Source: an uncultured Verrucomicrobiales bacterium
GTDB taxonomy: Bacteria > Verrucomicrobiota > Verrucomicrobiia > Verrucomicrobiales > DEV007
Assembly: GCA_938091905.1 (NCBI GenBank)
Contig: CALKOM010000119.1
Coordinates: 1 to 10,141 of the forward strand
Reading direction: 5' to 3'
DNA: 10,141 nucleotides
Shown: piece by piece, positions 6,201 through 10,141 of the stretch
How positions within the stretch are numbered: the stretch's first letter is position 1
Layout of the letters: every line of letters starts with the position of its first letter
Translations under genes and position numbers: made by a program
Notes under the pieces: model-generated
The model's input: the letters and a program-made list of their open reading frames with translations, nothing else
Database searches by the model: none
What the model was told of the DNA's origin: nothing

Positions 6201-7746
6201 TCCAATCGAAAACCCGCACAATTTTAATTTCTACGTGAGGCCCACGGACGAGAAAATCATTGCCATGCCGTGGGATTGGGATTTTACCTTTAACCTCGGG
6301 GCCAGCTCGAGAATCATGGACCCACGCGGCAGCAACAAAAATCTTTGGCGCGTGATGGATGAGCCTGGGATCAATCGGCTGTTTCGCGGGCATCTGCTAG
6401 ACCTGATCGACACGATTTTCAACGAACGCTACGCAGACGAATGGTTCTCTCGCTATGGAGAGGTGGCAGGTACGAGCTACAGCAGTCATGTCAGCTATGT
6501 CCGCAGTCGGGCAAGTAGCGTGAAAAATCAGGCTGGGTCGACTACCCTGTTTGGTATCACGACTAACGAAGGCGAGGATTTCTCCGTCGCGGAGCCTGAA
6601 GTGACTCTGACAGGAAAGGGCGGTGTCCGTGTTCGCACCTTGGAACACGTTGAGACGGGTATTCACTTTGAACCGTATTGGCTAGACGATGAAACCTGGG
6701 AAGTGAATCTCCCTCTCGCAGCCGGAAAGAACGCGATCACGCTTCAAGCGCGAGACTATCAAGGCTCGAAAGGATCACTCTTCACCCCGACTGGCATCGA
6801 TTCTATCAACGTGACAAGCACAAGCGCTAACGAGGCGCCGACGGCCGAGACACTTGCTATTTCAGAGATCATGTATCATCCAGCTACACCGACCGACGCT
6901 GAGATTGCGCTAGGATTCACGGACCAAGACGCCTTTGAGTTCCTGGAGATCACCAACGTCGGACAACGTTCTCTTGATCTGCATTCTCTACGATTCTCGG
7001 AAGGTATCCGGTTCGACTTTGCCCTGGAGATCCTTGAGCCAGGCAGCGTTGCTATGCTAGTAGCCAACAGAGCCGCTTTTGAAGAGCGCTATGGCAAGGG
7101 GCTGAACGTGATTGGCGAGTATACAGGCATGCTCTCCAATGGAGGTGAAACGCTCGTGTTAGAAGGCGCCAATGGCCGCTCGATCCATCATTTCCGCTAT
7201 GACGACAGCGCCCCATGGCCAACCTCCGCTGATGGCGAGGGCTTCTCATTGATTCTCACTGATCTTTCTGGGCAAGCCATTTTGGACGAAGCCACTAGCT
7301 GGCAGATGAGCCGGGGCCTTGGCGGCAGTCCGGGTAATTTAGAGGCGGTGACACGGCCCACCTATGCGGATTGGCAAGTCACCGTGTTCTCCGCTAGTCA
7401 GCTTAATCAGCCGGAAGTGATTGGGTTCCAGGCGGATCCAGACGGTGACGGCTTTGCCAACGGTCTCGAATTTGCTTTCGGCACGTTGCCTAACCAGAGA
7501 GACGGGGGCATCATTCAGACGGAAGCCGACGAGAATAGTGTCTCCATCATTTATCCACAGCGTCTTGGGGCGTCGATTGTGATCGAGAGTTCGTCAGACC
7601 TTCAAGATTGGGAGGCGACGGCTGCAGAGCAGTATCCGGTTACCACACTTCCAGGCGGGACACCTGAAGTGGCAAGTAAGCAAATCGTCCTGATCAAGGG
7701 AGGGAGCGGTTACTTGCGCTTCCGGGTGGAACTAGAGAATCCGTAA
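3256..7746 (+). CDS. Secreted lamin tail domain (LTD) / CotH kinase-family multidomain protein (1496 aa)
   Basis: Signal peptide MHRWVLFALLPLTTLVHA. Four LTD-type repeats (VVFNEIHYHP..EFIELYN..VDLSGW; VFSEV..WIELF; VVINEVMYN..EWIELTN..VDLSSW; LAISEIMYHP..EFLEITN), three with Y.D..PWP..ADG.G.S. CotH-like region ~5460-6530 (GLRLRG, D..HNFNFY, PWDWD). C-terminal YADWQ..DPDGDGFANGLEFAFGT..SSDLQDW..YLRFRV domain. Confidence 0.9.
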   Translation: MHRWVLFALLPLTTLVHAQVDSVVVFNEIHYHPTGGGSAAEFIELYNQNSVDVDLSGWELRGAGNFVFPKKSLIEGRSYLVIAVDPETLLLPQALGPLTGTLSDGGERLTLHNHNGRIMDQIDYNDRHPWPVGADGSGASLSKRDPMASSGSASNWASSRSLGGSPGESNDTLIDPTAVFSEVPGRDAESLWIELFHAGSIDLDLDSLVIRTDQAAELPLEGKLAPGGYANLSTTFDALVVQQLYLIDQDAQTLLDAIDLKNSPQARTDYPSGEFYHPTEATPGVANVVVLEDQVVINEVMYNHRPHYADEDGGSEYEEVDEEWIELTNRGDTPVDLSSWRLRGGLSYTIEEGTILAPGGFLVIANDKQALEAKYPDIAILGNVDGTLSNSGERIELQDPLGNPADAFHYYDDAPWPADADGGGSSMELKHPGMDNSRPEAWAASDESLQSEWHTYSYRAVARRPVYTANVRSFHELRLGFLQPGRCLIDNVTVTEDPDGTAQNLVRNRTFGSLFAPITSSNWRLLGTHGQSEAINDPEKGSVLKVVAEGSMNYLNNLCEGVLSDEVNIGQTYEVSFEAKWLGGSPQFRSEVYYNKFAKKHLLIMPEKNGTPGRQNTAWEAIPGPTYSALRHDPPVPEASEDITVSVSSEDPSGIGTMTLFYRLDDDDWQSQPMDLSNTRYVSTIAGQSDDTVIQFYIKGTDADGGSSVYPARGPDSGAFIRVDSVANTSLRQSLRLALSPENAQDLHTPIRILSNERRPTTVISNEREIFYNCGLRLRGSMFSRGNGGDAGLNISFPADQRFRGTQSSILVRKRNVQEILVKHMANQAVGVPASYNDLLELRGYRSNSSWSGLARLEMARFGENYVKGAFENGDTGPVFKMEGIRDFQSAGAGDVKNPMPIGWIVAFDLADLGEDREQYRHVLRLISARKRDEYSRIIALCQAFGSPSDEDFRERLEAVIDTDQWMRVLAMQTLCGIADVYPIENPHNFNFYVRPTDEKIIAMPWDWDFTFNLGASSRIMDPRGSNKNLWRVMDEPGINRLFRGHLLDLIDTIFNERYADEWFSRYGEVAGTSYSSHVSYVRSRASSVKNQAGSTTLFGITTNEGEDFSVAEPEVTLTGKGGVRVRTLEHVETGIHFEPYWLDDETWEVNLPLAAGKNAITLQARDYQGSKGSLFTPTGIDSINVTSTSANEAPTAETLAISEIMYHPATPTDAEIALGFTDQDAFEFLEITNVGQRSLDLHSLRFSEGIRFDFALEILEPGSVAMLVANRAAFEERYGKGLNVIGEYTGMLSNGGETLVLEGANGRSIHHFRYDDSAPWPTSADGEGFSLILTDLSGQAILDEATSWQMSRGLGGSPGNLEAVTRPTYADWQVTVFSASQLNQPEVIGFQADPDGDGFANGLEFAFGTLPNQRDGGIIQTEADENSVSIIYPQRLGASIVIESSSDLQDWEATAAEQYPVTTLPGGTPEVASKQIVLIKGGSGYLRFRVELENP

Positions 7747-8295
7747 CACGGGTCCATTGGCTATGCATTTGGGACCCCGCGATGGCTCTCTCGCCGATCC
7801 TTCGGCTTTAAGCCAAAGACTTTTCTCTTCATAATGTTAACAGGTGAAGCCGGCCCAAATGGCAAGCTGCAATCCAATTCAAGAACGGGAGGGAAATATG
7901 GAACCGCCGGTTCGCTGGTGAATTCTCGTTTCGCATTCGTGCGAACTTCTGAAGTCCGATAGCTGCCGCTCTATGTAGCTGCGTCACATCACCGCCTGCT
8001 TTGTCGCTAGCGTGTGACGTTGGGGAGAACGTGGATGAAAGCGACGACTTTTGACCAGAGTTATAGAACCAAGCAGCCAGAGACATACCGTTTGCAACCA
8101 GGACGTTGCATCGAATTTCTAACACACACTTATTGTATTGGTGCTCGATCGGTAGAGAAACCAGCTCTCTTCAATTGTTCTGCGGTCCGCATGGGCTAAC
8201 AATAATTTTTGGCTATCAGTATTCGATGCAGTGTTCCGTACCCGTTCTAATTTATGAGACCAAAGGTAACCACACTTTTAATCAGGGCCCTAACC

Positions 8296-8312
8296 GGTGT
8301 ATGATATACACC
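8296..8312. promoter_or_regulatory. Candidate operator palindrome overlapping a -10-like hexamer
   Basis: GGTGTAT-GAT-ATACACC is a perfect 7-bp inverted repeat containing TATGAT (8300-8305), 52 nt upstream of ATG 8365. Confidence 0.35.
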
Positions 8313-8364
8313 CATAAGAAGATCTTTGGAGACACTAAAACATTCACCAAGCTTCGATATCGCG

Positions 8365-9905
8365 ATGTTTTAACCGATTTTTTCTTATCATAGACTGACA
8401 GTTTATTTTTTCCTAGCTTTCCTAACCATTTCCTGCTCTTGGGCTGAAGTCCGCTTCGATTGGAAAACGGTGGATGAGATCGATAACCCTAGCATGGCGA
8501 CCATATCCAATGATCAGGTCGACATTGTCCAACAACTCGGCACTGTCTCCTATGCCTACGCAGTGGCTAAGCACGAGGTCTCTGTGGCTCAGTATTTGGA
8601 GTTTCTAAACAAGGCCGCTCACCTTGGTGATCCGAATACGCTCTACTCAAAGACGGGCGAATTGAATGCTCTTAATGGCCACAACGTAAGAACGGGCAGA
8701 AGGATCACGTCCGATCCCTATGTTTACAGTGCGAAGCCTGGGCGGGAGCGCTTGCCAGCCAACTTTCTGACGTTGGAATACGCCGCCCGATTCGTCAACT
8801 GGATGGCCAATGGTCAGCGTTCCGGCGGCACCGAATCCGGCGTCTACAACATGACCGAGGAATCCCCTAGCAGATCAGCAGGCGCGCAGGTTTTCCTACC
8901 TTCGCCAGATGAGTAGCATAAAGCAGCCCACTATGCACCTCTGACTGAAGTTGAAGGCGGCCCTTCCTTTATCCCATTCTATTGGCGCTTTCCCCAACAA
9001 GCCGACGCCTCCCCCACCCAAGCGATCATCAATCCTACCACCTAGGAGCTCACCAATCCGGCAGCATCAGTAGCCAATTGGGGACAAGATTTTATGACAA
9101 GCCAGACACCGTTTTGCAATGTGGATAGCGGTGGTGAAGGAACTCAGTCCTACTTCGGCATCATGCATATGGGTGGAAACGTTGTCGAATGGACCGAAGA
9201 TCAGCATAGCACAATGGCCCCCCTCAATCGCGACATTCGCGGTGGTGACTGGGCCAACGGCGACTGGGATCAGTGGAATGTGAATGTCAATACCGCAGCC
9301 CATGATCATGAAAGTATGGACAACGGTTTTCGAATCTTTGCTACAATTCCCTTCGCCCAGGACCCAACGGGAGGCATTCTCCCCGATATTCTTCCCAGAC
9401 AAAACAGCACTCCAATTGGAGAGCCGTTTGAGCTAGATGAGAACACCATCGCGCTCTGTCACTTTGATGAATCATGGCTTGATGCTAGCACGTACAAACA
9501 TGACTTGACCCCCACAGGCAATGTGCAGTTTAGCACGGAAGCACCGGCTTGGATGTGGGAGTGCAGCGGTACTGCTGCCTATTTCGCAGAGGCTGAAGCA
9601 GAGCTCACAGTAGCTATCTCCGATGAACTCATCATGCCTTCCGACGCCTATCAAGTGACGATTGAATGGATGCAACTGATAGATGGAATCGTCGTTCAAA
9701 ACCCTGCAGAAACTAACGCCCCGGAGAGGATTACGTAAACTTTGAACAGGGTTATGATACCAAGTTCAGGGTATTCACAAGCAAATGGTCCGAGCCCTAC
9801 GGCCCAAGCTTCGACGTGAACGGGGTGGAGGTGGGCAGCCACGACCAAACGTTTAGGGTGTGTTTTATAACACTATCTGGTGGAAGATTACGAAGCCGGA
9901 TGTAA
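8365..9905 (+). pseudogene. Pseudogene of a secreted FGE-sulfatase (SUMF1/EgtB/PvdO-like) domain + LamG-like domain protein
   Basis: Frame +1 reads ATG 8365, TAA 8371-8373, then a signal-like VYFFLAFLTISCSWA. FGE motifs: KHEVSVAQYLEFLN, PANFLT..AARFVNW, LPSPDE*HKAA (TAG 8914-8916 at the conserved EW Trp), a second TAG 9043-9045, MGGNVVEW, RGGDW, GFR. DENTIALCHFDE is LamG-like. A probable frameshift at ~9717-9735 continues in frame +3 (GEDYVNFEQGYDTKFRVFTSKWSEPYGP...) to TAA 9903-9905. It combines ORFs 8470-8916 and 9094-9738. The 3' end is uncertain. Confidence 0.8.
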
Positions 9906-10141
9906 GATCGATTTCCAACATGACACAGACCAACGAACACGCAAAGGTGGGCCCTCAAGCCAAGGTGGAATTCCCCCAAGAAAGTGGACACGGATCAGAC
10001 AGATCGTATTGTTAGTTGGCGCTCCGTCAAGTTTGCTGGATGGAGAGCTGCCGAAATTTCAACCATGCGTAATCCATGTTAGTGATTCCGCAGGCCCGAT
10101 GCACCACTCTTGAAACAAGGTTGTTGAATCCTTCAATCTTT

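Noticed and set aside
3112..7249. Short antisense or alternate-frame ORFs overlapping the large gene (and 120-302, 260-451, 817-1053, 884-1069 within nos)
   Set aside because: These are shadow ORFs of well-supported genes with no recognisable motifs.
7750..7830. Rho-independent terminator after the LTD/CotH gene
   Set aside because: GGGTCC/GGACCC has a 16-nt loop and no U-tract; GGCTTTAAGCC is too weak. Not called.
7955..8005. Ankyrin-like DKAGGDVTQLHRAAAIG in ORF 7829-8125 (-)
   Set aside because: A single weak match with no clear 33-aa periodicity and no ATG at the annotated start; it cannot be supported without an HMM search.
8365..9738. Stop-codon reassignment or readthrough (TAG as a sense codon or pyrrolysine; TGA=Trp in 2143-2154)
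   Set aside because: The lesions are of mixed type (TAA, TAG, TGA, frameshifts). TAG terminates nos and the 125-aa ORF normally, and the 1496-aa gene has no internal stops and uses TGG for Trp. Decay is the simpler explanation.
9880..10113. ORF 9880-10113 and ORFs 8014-8199, 8106-8393, 2032-2307 as genes
   Set aside because: No motifs or convincing starts. 9880-10113 may be a further decayed piece of the pseudogene, but I cannot support that from sequence alone.

Overview
Bacterial window, probably PVC superphylum/Verrucomicrobia (inferred only from protein style). From left to right it contains: (1) the 3' part of a nitric oxide synthase oxygenase gene (1-1083, +; frame open to the left edge, no C-terminal reductase) with unusual substitutions in the substrate pocket; (2) an apparently decaying integron-like cassette array on the - strand (~1099-2616) with up to four attC-like hairpins, one intact 125-aa membrane-anchored ORF, one frameshifted/stop-interrupted ORF and one ORF-less unit, and no integrase in the window; (3) tRNA-Leu(TAG) (2844-2925, -); (4) a 1496-aa secreted lamin-tail-domain/CotH-kinase protein (3256-7746, +) that appears to carry a circularly permuted CBM-like domain inserted in its third LTD; (5) a pseudogene for a secreted FGE-sulfatase(SUMF1)-like plus LamG-like protein (~8365-9905, +) with three in-frame stops and a frameshift. 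All calls come from reading motifs by eye; no database searches were run.
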